A stretch of 64,000 bases of DNA from a virus (IMGVR_UViG_3300031420_000495:96001-160000); one strand, 5' to 3'; counted from the stretch's first letter, positions 9,411 to 19,079 are shown. A program made the numbers and translations. Notes: a model not told the origin generated them from the letters alone.

Positions 9411-10126
9411 TATTCTTCTCCGTTGATTTGCGGAAGCACAAGCAGCGTATGGCCGTTTGCTTTCGCAGTTAGTGACCCTGCTTCTCCAAGCACGATCGTG
9501 ATTTCCTCTGAGTTTTTACAGGCCGCATCGAGGACGTCAACGAGGATACTAGCAACATACGTTTGAACAATGGAATCTTCGTCTTCAACAAACTCAACTT
9601 CCTTCGCGAGTTCGATGTCGAAACGATCATTGGCTGCATCCGAGCATTCCAGTTTGACAACACCGGCTCGCGAGATTTGGATGACGATGTCTTCGGCACC
9701 CAGAGTCTTCACTGCCTTGTTGGCTTGCTGTACTTCAGTTTTGGAGAACGTGATGACCGCAACTGGTTGATCTTCATTCACCTTCGGATACGTCATCAAG
9801 TTGGCCGACGTGCAGCGGAACTGCACTTTGGTTTTGCCCGATGAAATTGTGAGCATGCTCACATCTCCAGCATCATTCGCCTTGCCTTCGATTTCGACAG
9901 GACCTGAGAAGATATTTAGTCTCTTTTCAAGCTCACTTACTCGGCCAATGCCGATACGGAGGTCTGGAGAGATGGACAACTTTGCCTCGGTCAAGATGGC
10001 AGAGTTCAGTGATGGTGGCGCACCGCGTGCGAGCCCTTCGTGGATAACGACGCCATCCACTCCGACCAGCTTGCATGCGGAGAGGATTGACTTCAGTTCG
10101 ACGATGTCAGTTTGGATAGTTTTCAT
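9410..10126 (-). CDS. DNA polymerase sliding clamp (gp45-like)
   Basis: 238 aa alternating beta/alpha pattern, FRCTSANLMTYP segment; adjacent to DNA polymerase. Confidence 0.7.
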   Translation of the reverse strand: MKTIQTDIVELKSILSACKLVGVDGVVIHEGLARGAPPSLNSAILTEAKLSISPDLRIGIGRVSELEKRLNIFSGPVEIEGKANDAGDVSMLTISSGKTKVQFRCTSANLMTYPKVNEDQPVAVITFSKTEVQQANKAVKTLGAEDIVIQISRAGVVKLECSDAANDRFDIELAKEVEFVEDEDSIVQTYVASILVDVLDAACKNSEEITIVLGEAGSLTAKANGHTLLVLPQINGEE

Positions 10127-10143
10127 TTGGCTATTATATCTTG

Positions 10144-10166
10144 AACGGGAGCAACATGCTCCCGTT
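10144..10166. other. Hairpin AACGGGAGC-AACAT-GCTCCCGTT (terminator or operator)
   Basis: Perfect stem after the pol stop codon; sister hairpin at 40918. Confidence 0.6.
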
Positions 10167-10174
10167 TTTCGCGA

Positions 10175-13036
10175 TCAGAATTTGAGGAACGACTTGACGT
10201 GCGTCTTCTGTGGTGTTGGGATTTCCCAGTTCAGAGCTTCAAACGTTCGCTCAAGTTTCGAGTCGATCATCTTTTGCTCCGTCAACTTTCGGTCGATCTT
10301 GAAGTGCTCGTCGAACCAAGCTGGGAAGTGCATCAAGTCCGAAGGCATTGCAATCGTCTTGTAGCCGAAGTCGTTTGGCATCAACGAGAAGATGATACCC
10401 TTGTCACCGGACTTCAGCAGCTTGTCTCCTGCATTCATCCGCACAACCATCTCGTTGTAGTTGACTGCTGCACGCACGTGACCTGGCAACTTCACTTTGC
10501 CCTTGCCAACTTTCTCGGTCTTCAGGAACTCGGCATAATACGCATCGAGCTTGTTGATCTGCTTTGCAACACCGACGTTGAACAGATTCTTCACACCGCG
10601 AATAATCTCGCTTCGTGAAGTGTTGATGAACTTTTCTGCTTCAGCATAGTTGCCGCCATCGAGAATCATGTTGAGCAGTTTCTTCAGAAACTCCTGCACG
10701 ACTTTCGGTGTATCGGCCTTCTTCGTTTCCGAACCCATCGACTTTTGCTTCGGCTTCGAACGCAAGTCCTTGCCGTCGAGGTTGACAACCTTCAACGTGT
10801 ATTTCTTCTTCGCACCGAGGAAGATACCACGTTCAGCCACGACTTCACGTGCGGCCTTCATCAGCAGTTCACGACCATCATTCGAGTTGAACGCATCGTT
10901 CATGAACTTCGGGAAACTCTTGTTCACAAGGTCAGCAACTTCGTCTGCGATGACGACTGCATCATCGTAGTTGTTGGCACCAGTCTGGAAATAGCACGAG
11001 TCAGTGTCACCGTAAATGATTGACTTGTTCCAGGTGTACCACACAGCCTTGTTGGATTCCTCGTCGTCATCGTCTTCCAAATCGTCGTCATCGTCCAGAT
11101 CGAACTCAAACGCTTTCGTTGGCAATGCTTCGAAGAACTCTTTGTTCTCGTCACGGTACGCAATCGAAATCTTGCGGCCGTCAATCTTCCTGCCGGTCTT
11201 CGGATTGTACGCATAACGCTTGAGCAGTTCGCATTGCTCGCCAGACAGAATCGTGCCGATGGTTTCAGCCATGTGCTTCGTGATCTGACGACCCGAACCA
11301 GTAACCGATGCACCAATCTCACGACGACCGAAACGGAATGCCTCGTTCAGCAGTGCGCCATAAGTTGAGTTCAGCTGAATCTTCTTGGTCAGCTGCAACA
11401 GGTCGTAATGCTCTTCGAGCCTTTCGTACTCGGCTTTCTTGACTGGATCGGTTTCCTCGTCAGCCAGCTTGCCGTAACGTTTCTTCTCAGCCTGCAGACG
11501 TTTACGCTCGGTGAACCAGAACGTAAGAACAGCTGCAACCATACCCGGCTTCGATTGATCGAAGATCGTACCGAACGCGGAGATAGCCCAGTTCTGCTCG
11601 CGCATGAACTCGTGCCATTCAGCACCGGTCATCTCGTAGTCTTCACCGTCGATGTTGGCTATCCAACGTGTATCGAGTTTCTTCCAGATTGCGTACCAAG
11701 CATCTTCACCGTATTGCGGATCGTCCACAGTGCCGAACTGGCCAATGAATGTTTCGATCGACATGTTGAGTGCGCGGATGACGGACGGATACAGCGACGT
11801 CAAGTCGACCGATCCCAACCATTCCCACAGTCCCATACGCGGGACCATAACGATTGCGCCTTCAACCTTTTTGTTCTTGACGGTTGAGAATGCTTTATCA
11901 CCTGCGATGAGCTTGTTTGTTCCGAAGAACTTTGCCAGTTCATCAGGCAGGTTGTGCGCGAAGTTCATGATGCCAGTTTCGACATAACGAACAGTACCCA
12001 GCATCGCAGTGAACGGAACAGTGTTCTCGTGCGACATCTGATTGACCAGCTGAATGAACTTGTATTTCTCTTCCAGCTTCGTAATGACTTCAACGTCTCG
12101 TGCGTTGTACGTCACGAAGTGAACGAAGTCACGATTGTACAGCTGCTCGAGAGTACCAGGATAGTCCAGCTTCGGGACGTCCAGTTCCTCTGCAGCAATG
12201 TTACCCAACGAATACGAAGTCCTACCTTCGAACGTGAACTTCTTGAAGAGGTCCATGTAATCGAGATGGGTACGACCGTTCAGTGAGTACACGATTGCAG
12301 GCGAACCAAAGCGTTCCACGGTATTCTCACGTGGTGGGCGGCAACCGATGAAACACATCTTGTGCGCCAACTTCGGAAGCACTCGCTCGAGTCGCTTCAT
12401 GATGTACGGCAAGTCAAAGAACTCGGAGTTCCAACCGGAGATGATGTCAGCCGATTGAATGTCGTCCAGCATTGCGGTCAGTAATTCGATTTCGTTGTTG
12501 CAAAGAATCACGTTCGGTTTAAACCCGAGCTTGTGCTCTTCCCACATTGCTTTGATCTTGTCTTGGAACGTACCGTCATCCATCCAGCCTTTCGGCGGAA
12601 CTGCGTACGTCCAGTATTCACCAGTCCACGATTGGTAAACTGTTACCGCGTTGATTGGTGCATACGGATTTTCCGGCGACGAGAAGCCGATTGACGATTT
12701 GTAGTCAACCTCAATGTCGACAAATGCGAAGTGGATTTTTGGTGTTGCGCGACCGTAATACTCATTCATGAGTACCTTCGCCTCTGGGCGAATGTCACTC
12801 TCGAACTTCATGCCGTACTGACGTTGTGCTGCCTTCAACTCGTCGTCGTCACCGAACTCGAGCTTCTTCAGTTTGTGACCGAAGATTGACTTGTACTCAC
12901 CTTCTTCGTCTTGGACGTAGAAATAGTGGGGCGCATGGTGAGCAACAACCTTTCGGCCGTTGTCATCACGCTCCCACACCATGACTGTATCTGTTTCCCA
13001 GTCATGGTATGAGCCAACGTAGTTTGCTTGAGTCAT
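10175..13036 (-). CDS. Family B DNA polymerase (gp43-like)
   Basis: Exo motifs DIE, WNSEFFD, YNARD; pol motifs DLTSLYPS, KIQLNSTYG, YGDTDS. Confidence 0.97.
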   Translation of the reverse strand: MTQANYVGSYHDWETDTVMVWERDDNGRKVVAHHAPHYFYVQDEEGEYKSIFGHKLKKLEFGDDDELKAAQRQYGMKFESDIRPEAKVLMNEYYGRATPKIHFAFVDIEVDYKSSIGFSSPENPYAPINAVTVYQSWTGEYWTYAVPPKGWMDDGTFQDKIKAMWEEHKLGFKPNVILCNNEIELLTAMLDDIQSADIISGWNSEFFDLPYIMKRLERVLPKLAHKMCFIGCRPPRENTVERFGSPAIVYSLNGRTHLDYMDLFKKFTFEGRTSYSLGNIAAEELDVPKLDYPGTLEQLYNRDFVHFVTYNARDVEVITKLEEKYKFIQLVNQMSHENTVPFTAMLGTVRYVETGIMNFAHNLPDELAKFFGTNKLIAGDKAFSTVKNKKVEGAIVMVPRMGLWEWLGSVDLTSLYPSVIRALNMSIETFIGQFGTVDDPQYGEDAWYAIWKKLDTRWIANIDGEDYEMTGAEWHEFMREQNWAISAFGTIFDQSKPGMVAAVLTFWFTERKRLQAEKKRYGKLADEETDPVKKAEYERLEEHYDLLQLTKKIQLNSTYGALLNEAFRFGRREIGASVTGSGRQITKHMAETIGTILSGEQCELLKRYAYNPKTGRKIDGRKISIAYRDENKEFFEALPTKAFEFDLDDDDDLEDDDDEESNKAVWYTWNKSIIYGDTDSCYFQTGANNYDDAVVIADEVADLVNKSFPKFMNDAFNSNDGRELLMKAAREVVAERGIFLGAKKKYTLKVVNLDGKDLRSKPKQKSMGSETKKADTPKVVQEFLKKLLNMILDGGNYAEAEKFINTSRSEIIRGVKNLFNVGVAKQINKLDAYYAEFLKTEKVGKGKVKLPGHVRAAVNYNEMVVRMNAGDKLLKSGDKGIIFSLMPNDFGYKTIAMPSDLMHFPAWFDEHFKIDRKLTEQKMIDSKLERTFEALNWEIPTPQKTHVKSFLKF

Positions 13037-13386
13037 TATTGATTCGAGTTGTCGTCGTTCGGCAGCAGGTTGTGGTCAAGCATAACCTGGTCGACCAGAT
13101 CAAGCAGTTCCTCGAGTTTGTCTTTACGTTGTACGTAGTCGTTATTATACACCATGGCGACGTACGTGTTGAACACGGCTGGCTTCAGACCGAGTTCGTC
13201 GAGTGCATTCTGACGAATGCCTTTGATGCTTTCTTGTTCGACGCCGATCTGTACTTTGCACTTTACGGCTTGATCGACGTACGACGTCAGCAAAGCTTTC
13301 AAGCGCGGTTGCGCCATGATTTCGCTGATGTCGCGGAACTTTTTGTCTTTAGCGATGTTTGCAGGAACGTTGCTGTTGTTTGCCAT
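13036..13386 (-). CDS. dsbA: dsDNA-binding protein, T4 DsbA-like
   Basis: IKGIRQNALDELGLKPAVFNTYVAMVYNND resembles T4 DsbA IKDIRIRAKDELGVDGKMFNRLLALYHKDN (from recall). Confidence 0.65.
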   Translation of the reverse strand: MANNSNVPANIAKDKKFRDISEIMAQPRLKALLTSYVDQAVKCKVQIGVEQESIKGIRQNALDELGLKPAVFNTYVAMVYNNDYVQRKDKLEELLDLVDQVMLDHNLLPNDDNSNQ

Positions 13387-13475
13387 GATTTACCTTTTGG
13401 TGTTGAGGTGTTGAACTAAGGAAAACATTGTACCATGACAACTTTAGATACAGCAACATTTTGGACGTCGAGGCT

Positions 13476-13868
13476 TTAATTCAGCCGAGCTGGCTCGCGG
13501 GTAAACATAAATACGCGCGCTTGTCCAACAGCCTGAATCTGATTGGCTTCTTCTTGTTCCGCTGTGAACATCCACACTCGGGCAAGTTCACCATCACCCC
13601 AGTCCTTCGACTTTGTGTCGACTCCAGAATATACTGGGTTCACCTCGGTGGTAATCACGTAGTGATGATCCTCCGGCAAATCCGAATTCACTTTCGCCGC
13701 CACGCTGTTCATGAAGTTGCGAACGCTGTTCGAGCAGTCGTAATAGTTTGGGAAATTGCGTGAGCTGATCGCCAGATCAGAAACGCCTGGGAATTCCTTC
13801 TGCACCTTGCACTTTGCGATTTCATTCAGCTTGATCGTCGCAGTGTAGGCGAAGCTGGAATTGTTCAT
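13476..13868 (-). CDS. Hypothetical protein
   Basis: Likely start MNNSSF. Confidence 0.6.
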   Translation of the reverse strand: MNNSSFAYTATIKLNEIAKCKVQKEFPGVSDLAISSRNFPNYYDCSNSVRNFMNSVAAKVNSDLPEDHHYVITTEVNPVYSGVDTKSKDWGDGELARVWMFTAEQEEANQIQAVGQARVFMFTREPARLN

Positions 13869-13885
13869 GTCGATATTGCCGAGGC

Positions 13886-14356
13886 TCAATTTAGCACCTT
13901 GTGTTCTTGGGCGTTGACGATTTCCGAATACGATGGCAGATCGAATTGGTGACATGCCACGCGGGCGCTGACGATCGGATTGTTGTTGGCGATGATTTCA
14001 ATGCTCTTCATCGTGAACGGATTGCCATCGAACCCGACGAACCTGAAGTTGTCGGACTCCTCGCCTTCCAGTACGCTGTCTAGTTCGTCCTGCGTCGACG
14101 GCACGTAGAGAGGATTGTGCTTGGTCTCGATCGCAAGTTTGCCACGCGGGTGTTGCTTGCGCAGTTTCTTCCGAACAACGTTCACAGCATCGTCCAGGCG
14201 ATTGTGCGCCTCGATGTCGGTTTCGTAATCATCTGAGATGAGAACAGCTTCACGGATGTCTGATGTGACCTCTGGTGAAAACGTGTTCGTGATGAAGTCA
14301 GCTGCTTCACCAGCAATGTGGATCACGAAAAATGATTTTGTCGGTGGAGTTATCAT
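13886..14356 (-). CDS. Hypothetical protein
   Basis: ATGA coupling to the upstream gene. Confidence 0.65.
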   Translation of the reverse strand: MITPPTKSFFVIHIAGEAADFITNTFSPEVTSDIREAVLISDDYETDIEAHNRLDDAVNVVRKKLRKQHPRGKLAIETKHNPLYVPSTQDELDSVLEGEESDNFRFVGFDGNPFTMKSIEIIANNNPIVSARVACHQFDLPSYSEIVNAQEHKVLN

Positions 14357-15450
14357 GCGTCAGGTCCTGTAATTACCTTTCCGTCAATCACCAGTTGTTC
14401 TTCGATTCCAGCTGTAGCAACTGCAATCGGTTGCTCAACAGAAAACTTGGTGAAGCGTAATGGCGGGAAAACTTGAAGAAGTGATTCTTGTGTTGCTTGC
14501 AATGTTGGTACACCATCCACAGCATGGTATTTCAGATACTCAACTTCCTCATTCATGTCTTGCAGTGGAATAACAATCGTCGAGTAACGGTCCAGCTGTG
14601 TGTATGGTCGACGGGCGAGAAGCAGCATCGCTGTCGTATTCTTCGGGATCAGGATCGTGTTCAACGGAATGTCCGCAGTGTCAAGATCGAGAGTGAAGAG
14701 GTTGTACGTTACAAATGCCGTACTGTTAATCATACCAGATACGGAGCGAACATTCTCGTATGCGCCCATGCCTTTGCGAGATTCATCGAGAATATTTTTC
14801 TTGAACACGAGGTTGTACGACGACGCCACTTGATCTTTGGAAACAATGACGTCAACCTGGGTTACACCTGGTTGATCGATCAATTGCGTGAAGACAATGG
14901 TATTCGGCGGAGCAGCAGAGGTTGCTGTGCCGTTGGAGACGATGTAGTCTTTCACTGGCTCTTGCTTGACACCGTTGAGATAGACTTCGACCATATCCGG
15001 GTTCGGGCCAGATGCATTGAAACGCAGGGCTTTCTTTTCGAGCCCGCTTTCAACGCCAGCAATATTCGTGAATGCACCTTCACGACGGAAGACGTACGCG
15101 CGGTACGCTTTCGGCATGTCTGCTTTGCCTTCGAATTCGAGAGTGAGTGTCGACGCGGTTGACGTCGATGCGACGACAATCTGACTCTTTGAGCCAGTTG
15201 CCAGATTGATAAGATCGGGTGTTTCGATCTTCTTGAATGTGGTGACGTGGGAACCGCGTGGTTGCCAGTCGGTAATGCCTGCTTCCGGCGAGACAGCAAT
15301 GCCTGCGCTGGACCTGTATTCTACGGGGAACAACCGACCCTCGCACCCCTGTGTGATGGTGCAACGGTCGGGAGTGTAATGCGTGACGTTTACGAGTTTG
15401 TCAATATCACGATGGCACTTTGTGCACGTCAGTCGTTGGTACTTTTTCAT
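14353..15450 (-). CDS. Putative late/structural protein with N-terminal CxxC..C..C zinc motif
   Basis: CTKC..CTITQGC; internal VYLNGVKQEPVKDY module shared with structural genes. Confidence 0.65.
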   Translation of the reverse strand: MKKYQRLTCTKCHRDIDKLVNVTHYTPDRCTITQGCEGRLFPVEYRSSAGIAVSPEAGITDWQPRGSHVTTFKKIETPDLINLATGSKSQIVVASTSTASTLTLEFEGKADMPKAYRAYVFRREGAFTNIAGVESGLEKKALRFNASGPNPDMVEVYLNGVKQEPVKDYIVSNGTATSAAPPNTIVFTQLIDQPGVTQVDVIVSKDQVASSYNLVFKKNILDESRKGMGAYENVRSVSGMINSTAFVTYNLFTLDLDTADIPLNTILIPKNTTAMLLLARRPYTQLDRYSTIVIPLQDMNEEVEYLKYHAVDGVPTLQATQESLLQVFPPLRFTKFSVEQPIAVATAGIEEQLVIDGKVITGPDA

Positions 15451-15679
15451 TGGGCGATCGATAGCGGCGTAGGGTTACGTCCACATCGTTGCAGTTGAAT
15501 GCTTGCCCGTTCTCGAGGTTTTCGACTTTGGTGCAAACACCATTTGCATCTTTGTAGACAATTGGTAGGACACGATAGTCCATGTAGAAACTTGCTGCGG
15601 CAGATGTCACACCGGATATGATGGAAATTACCAGTGCTAGCATCAGCAGTTGAGGCGCGGTTACGTTCATGAACTTCAT
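15407..15679 (-). CDS. Membrane-anchored hypothetical late protein
   Basis: N-terminal TM helix; TAAATA at 15692. Confidence 0.6.
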   Translation of the reverse strand: MKFMNVTAPQLLMLALVISIISGVTSAAASFYMDYRVLPIVYKDANGVCTKVENLENGQAFNCNDVDVTLRRYRSPNEKVPTTDVHKVPS

Positions 15680-15690
15680 TTTTACTTCTC

Positions 15691-15936
15691 CTATTTATTG
15701 TCTAAACCCAGGTGCTGCAAATGGGTATCGTCGATGGTGCTTTCCGTATTCACGTAGAGCACCGGCACTCCTTGAGTGATAGCTTGTTGAATGACATGCA
15801 ACGAAATGTTGCTCTTGGGTCCATCGTCAAGACTGGATGGATACGCTGCGAAACAAATCAATTGACCGGCGGGAATTCCGCCTCGCAGTAATTCGTCAAT
15901 TGCTGGAAAGCCACTAGGGCCAGAAGTCGTCGTCAT
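15691..15936 (-). CDS. Truncated KaiC/RAD55-like (RecA-fold) N-terminal fragment
   Basis: SGFPAIDELLRGGIPAGQL..GPKS..VLYVNTE; only 81 aa. Confidence 0.6.
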   Translation of the reverse strand: MTTTSGPSGFPAIDELLRGGIPAGQLICFAAYPSSLDDGPKSNISLHVIQQAITQGVPVLYVNTESTIDDTHLQHLGLDNK

Positions 15937-16108
15937 GTCCTAGAATTCCATTCTCTTCGATGTATTTGAAGAACCTGTCCTTTTCTTCTTGGGACATGCC
16001 CCATGTTGCCTGCCACATTGCCAACAGATTCAGGGCAATGAAGCCGACGAAACACACGGCGATTATACCCAGAATCTTGAGAACGTGAAAGAATATTTCG
16101 AGGCTCAT
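15914..16108 (-). CDS. Small membrane protein
   Basis: One TM helix. Confidence 0.55.
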   Translation of the reverse strand: MSLEIFFHVLKILGIIAVCFVGFIALNLLAMWQATWGMSQEEKDRFFKYIEENGILGHDDDFWP

Positions 16109-16677
16109 ACAAAGTTCAGTTCGTTGCGTGCAGCATCAAGTGCTTTGTTCAGCTCAGGCATGCGTCGGCCGGTTCCACCCTTGTCTGGATGATCTTTGGA
16201 AACACGGATGCGATACGCTTGCTTGATGACCTTTGGGTCCTTTTCGCTTTGTGAAAGACCCAACACTTCGCGCCATTCAGACTTAGGTTTGTTCTCTTCT
16301 TTCCGGCCGAACTTCTTGTTGCGCTCGTACGTCTCGTAATATCGAATCTGATCGAAATACGAGCTGTAGTAACGGTTGAGCCAGCGTATATCGTGTTTGC
16401 GGAACCATGACTTCTTGCGGATGAATTCGGTCAGACGATCATGCGAGTAGTTGACCTCGGCAGTCGTCTTGCAGCGATGGTTGTGATTGCCTTTGCTGAA
16501 CAAGTCTTCAGCATCGAGATTTGCTCGGAGCATCGGTTTCTTGAAGAGCATCTTGCCGATGAGCGGTCGGAGCAGTTCATCGTATTTCGTGTGCAGGGTT
16601 AGGCACACGAACATAAAGGTCGTTGCCAATAGCGGCAGGATGAACTTCAGAAACAGTTCGAGATAGATTTCGGTCAT
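16105..16677 (-). CDS. Membrane-anchored J-domain protein (DjlA-like topology)
   Basis: N-terminal TM; C-terminal WREVLGL..IKQAYR..HPDKGG. Confidence 0.85.
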   Translation of the reverse strand: MTEIYLELFLKFILPLLATTFMFVCLTLHTKYDELLRPLIGKMLFKKPMLRANLDAEDLFSKGNHNHRCKTTAEVNYSHDRLTEFIRKKSWFRKHDIRWLNRYYSSYFDQIRYYETYERNKKFGRKEENKPKSEWREVLGLSQSEKDPKVIKQAYRIRVSKDHPDKGGTGRRMPELNKALDAARNELNFV

Positions 16678-16898
16678 GATCCGAACTCGTCCATGCCGTC
16701 TTCCAGATCATAGGACGAACGATGCTCGATTTCTATGCCGAGTTCGGTCGCGAGTTTTTCCAGAGCATTGCCGGCCGTTTCCATGGAATGCCAGCCGTGA
16801 TCGTCATGGTTGAGATTGACGATATGCTTTTTGGTACCGTCCGACTTCACGAGGACGAAGTCAGCGGCTTCTTCGGAGGATGTGATGACAAGTTTCAT
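16674..16898 (-). CDS. Hypothetical protein
   Basis: Likely start MKLVIT. Confidence 0.55.
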   Translation of the reverse strand: MKLVITSSEEAADFVLVKSDGTKKHIVNLNHDDHGWHSMETAGNALEKLATELGIEIEHRSSYDLEDGMDEFGS

Positions 16899-16962
16899 GT
16901 TGCTATCCCGGATTAACGATGTAGTGATTCTACACCGAGTCATCCAGGATGCAACCCAACGT

Positions 16963-17229
16963 TTACGGCAGGAAACCGGCTACGATGACTTTTGCGCCGG
17001 CTTTTACTTCTTCGACTGGGAATTTGTCACGGGCGTTCTTCAACAGAGTTGTTGGTTCGCCCGACAGTTCGTCGTACAGCAGATTGCAGAACTCGTCCTG
17101 CAGTGCTTCGTCATTGTCGACGCTGTTGATGTACATGCCATCGAAACGTGTTGCATCACCGCCAACAACGAGGAATTTGATTGGGTCGGTGAACGTTTCG
17201 TAGATGATGACGGTGTTGAACTGGCTCAT
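16963..17229 (-). CDS. Hypothetical protein
   Basis: TAATG coupling to GroES. Confidence 0.65.
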   Translation of the reverse strand: MSQFNTVIIYETFTDPIKFLVVGGDATRFDGMYINSVDNDEALQDEFCNLLYDELSGEPTTLLKNARDKFPVEEVKAGAKVIVAGFLP

Positions 17230-17492
17230 TATACTTCTTCCAGAACAGCCAGGACGTCCTTATCAGTGAGGACGAGCATTGGAATGCCGTCAACCTTGAC
17301 TTCTTGTCCAGCGAACTTCGTGAACAGAACCATGTGTCCGCGCTCGATGTTCTTCACATTCGTGCCGACAGCAAGCACGCGGCCTTTGTCGTTGACTTCA
17401 GTTGGCAGGTCCGGAATGTAGAGACCAGCTGCGTTCTTCGGCTTTGGTGCGCGGAGAACGATGATGCGATTTCCGATTGGTTTGAGTTCCAT
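17229..17492 (-). CDS. groES: Co-chaperonin GroES
   Basis: MELKPIGNRIIV..GLYIP..GRVLAVG..G..VLFTKFAG.EVKVDG; start at ATG 17492 with AAGGA RBS. Confidence 0.9.
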   Translation of the reverse strand: MELKPIGNRIIVLRAPKPKNAAGLYIPDLPTEVNDKGRVLAVGTNVKNIERGHMVLFTKFAGQEVKVDGIPMLVLTDKDVLAVLEEV

Positions 17493-17499
17493 GATTTCC

Positions 17500-17685
17500 T
17501 TATGGTGATGGTGCTTCTTGCACTTTGAACAATGCGGACATTGGTGTCCACTTCTTCCAGGTGCCGTCGTCTTTATTTGCTGGCGTGACTTCAACCAGCT
17601 CTTGCGATTTGCCGCCTACGCCGGCACGCGCTGCTTTGCGGCCGGTCAGTTTGACTTCGTGTTCGCCCAGTACGTATGTGTCCAT
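17500..17685 (-). CDS. Hypothetical protein
   Basis: Start MDTYVL coupled to the kptA stop. Confidence 0.6.
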   Translation of the reverse strand: MDTYVLGEHEVKLTGRKAARAGVGGKSQELVEVTPANKDDGTWKKWTPMSALFKVQEAPSP

Positions 17686-18221
17686 TACTTGGTTCCCTTG
17701 ATATATTTCGGATCGACGTAATCGACAAGCCAAACGCCATTATCGGATTGAAGAAAATCGATGCCGTCCTTCAACATCGCAGGCGTGTCGATGATGACAA
17801 CCACTTCAGAACCTTTCCGCATGCCGACAGATGCAGCAGTGTCGACGTCGTCAGTGAGGTGGACGTGGTGGCGCTTCATCTTCTTGATGCCGGTCTTCAA
17901 CATCGATTCGTATCCGACTTTGTTTGTGCCGTGATACAGCTCGACTGGCGGAACTGCTTTCTTGAATGGGATCTTGACGCAATCCATGGAATGACCCTGG
18001 TTCGCACGGATCGATCCACGGTCAATTGTGTATCGACCTTTTTCGTCTTCCTTCACAATCTTTTCCAGGTCGGACTGTGTGAACTCTGGCCAACGCTTTT
18101 GCATTTGCGCAACGATGGTTTCGCACTTCACGTAGCCGGTCTTGCTGATCTGAATCTTCATTCTCACAGCGCCATGCCGAAGAATGAAGGACAGTTCTTT
18201 GCTTTGTTGGTCTTTGTTCAT
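17685..18221 (-). CDS. kptA: RNA 2'-phosphotransferase Tpt1/KptA
   Basis: LSFILRHG, KGRY, IRANQGHS, LYHGT, MKRHHVHL, SDNGVWL motifs. Confidence 0.93.
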   Translation of the reverse strand: MNKDQQSKELSFILRHGAVRMKIQISKTGYVKCETIVAQMQKRWPEFTQSDLEKIVKEDEKGRYTIDRGSIRANQGHSMDCVKIPFKKAVPPVELYHGTNKVGYESMLKTGIKKMKRHHVHLTDDVDTAASVGMRKGSEVVVIIDTPAMLKDGIDFLQSDNGVWLVDYVDPKYIKGTK

Positions 18222-18222
18222 T

Positions 18223-18447
18223 TCAATCTCTTACCTGGGCAATCTCAATCGCTTGAGTTATCATTTCAATCGCGAAGTCAGATGCCAAGCTGGAGTGAAC
18301 GCATTCATCACGAATTTCTTCCAGCTCGGTCTTGACGACTTCATTCGTGCAACCGATCAGACGTTTTATCTTGGCGGTCATTGTACTATCGATCTGCGCG
18401 TCGGGTGCTTGTGATAGTGTCGTTAAAAGTGGGTCCAGTCTACTCAT
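18223..18447 (-). CDS. Hypothetical protein
   Basis: Operon packing. Confidence 0.55.
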   Translation of the reverse strand: MSRLDPLLTTLSQAPDAQIDSTMTAKIKRLIGCTNEVVKTELEEIRDECVHSSLASDFAIEMITQAIEIAQVRD

Positions 18448-19055
18448 ACTTCCAGGGCTACGTTGGCAAGCGCTCGCATATTGCGAGCGGTCTCAAGTGT
18501 GATGAGCGCGTCATCCAGTGCGTTGTGCGAACCATCTCGCACGATGCCGGTGAAGAACTCAAACACGTCATTCGATCGATATTTACCGATCAACATGAAA
18601 CCTGTGCCAGACGTTTCCAGCTTGACGTGGTGAATCTTCAGCTCAACGCCAAAGTCACGTGCCAGTTGCTGGGTGAAGCAGATGTCGAAGTCGACGTTGT
18701 GGCCGAGGAACATGATCTTGCTTTCCGTGCCGATGTAGCGCAAGATGAGGTCGAGAAGATCAGTCAGACCTTCTTCACGCGACACACCATTGGCTGCGAG
18801 GTATTCACGGGACAGGCCGTGAATCTTCTCTGCACCGTCGGTCCACTTGTACTTCGTGTCATCGAACTGGAGTTCGCGATACAAGGTTTCGACTGGCTCG
18901 AACGTTTCCGTGTCGAAGATGATCGCACCGTATGCGATGCCCTGGTAGTCGATTGTACTGTCTCCGCCGAAGTTGGAGCCAGTTGTTTCCCAGTCGATCG
19001 CCAGGCCGTATTTGCCTGGATGAACGCGGGAGTATGAGGTTTTTGCCATCATCAT
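18444..19055 (-). CDS. DEDDh (DnaQ-like) 3'-5' exonuclease
   Basis: AIDWETTG, GHNVDFD, HNALDDA. Confidence 0.88.
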   Translation of the reverse strand: MMMAKTSYSRVHPGKYGLAIDWETTGSNFGGDSTIDYQGIAYGAIIFDTETFEPVETLYRELQFDDTKYKWTDGAEKIHGLSREYLAANGVSREEGLTDLLDLILRYIGTESKIMFLGHNVDFDICFTQQLARDFGVELKIHHVKLETSGTGFMLIGKYRSNDVFEFFTGIVRDGSHNALDDALITLETARNMRALANVALEV

Positions 19056-19079
19056 GATTGTGATATAAATCCTATAAAT

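Noticed and set aside
10175-13036. Intein or intron in the DNA polymerase
   Set aside because: Frame is continuous at 953 aa; no C/S..HN-C/S/T junctions or LAGLIDADG motifs
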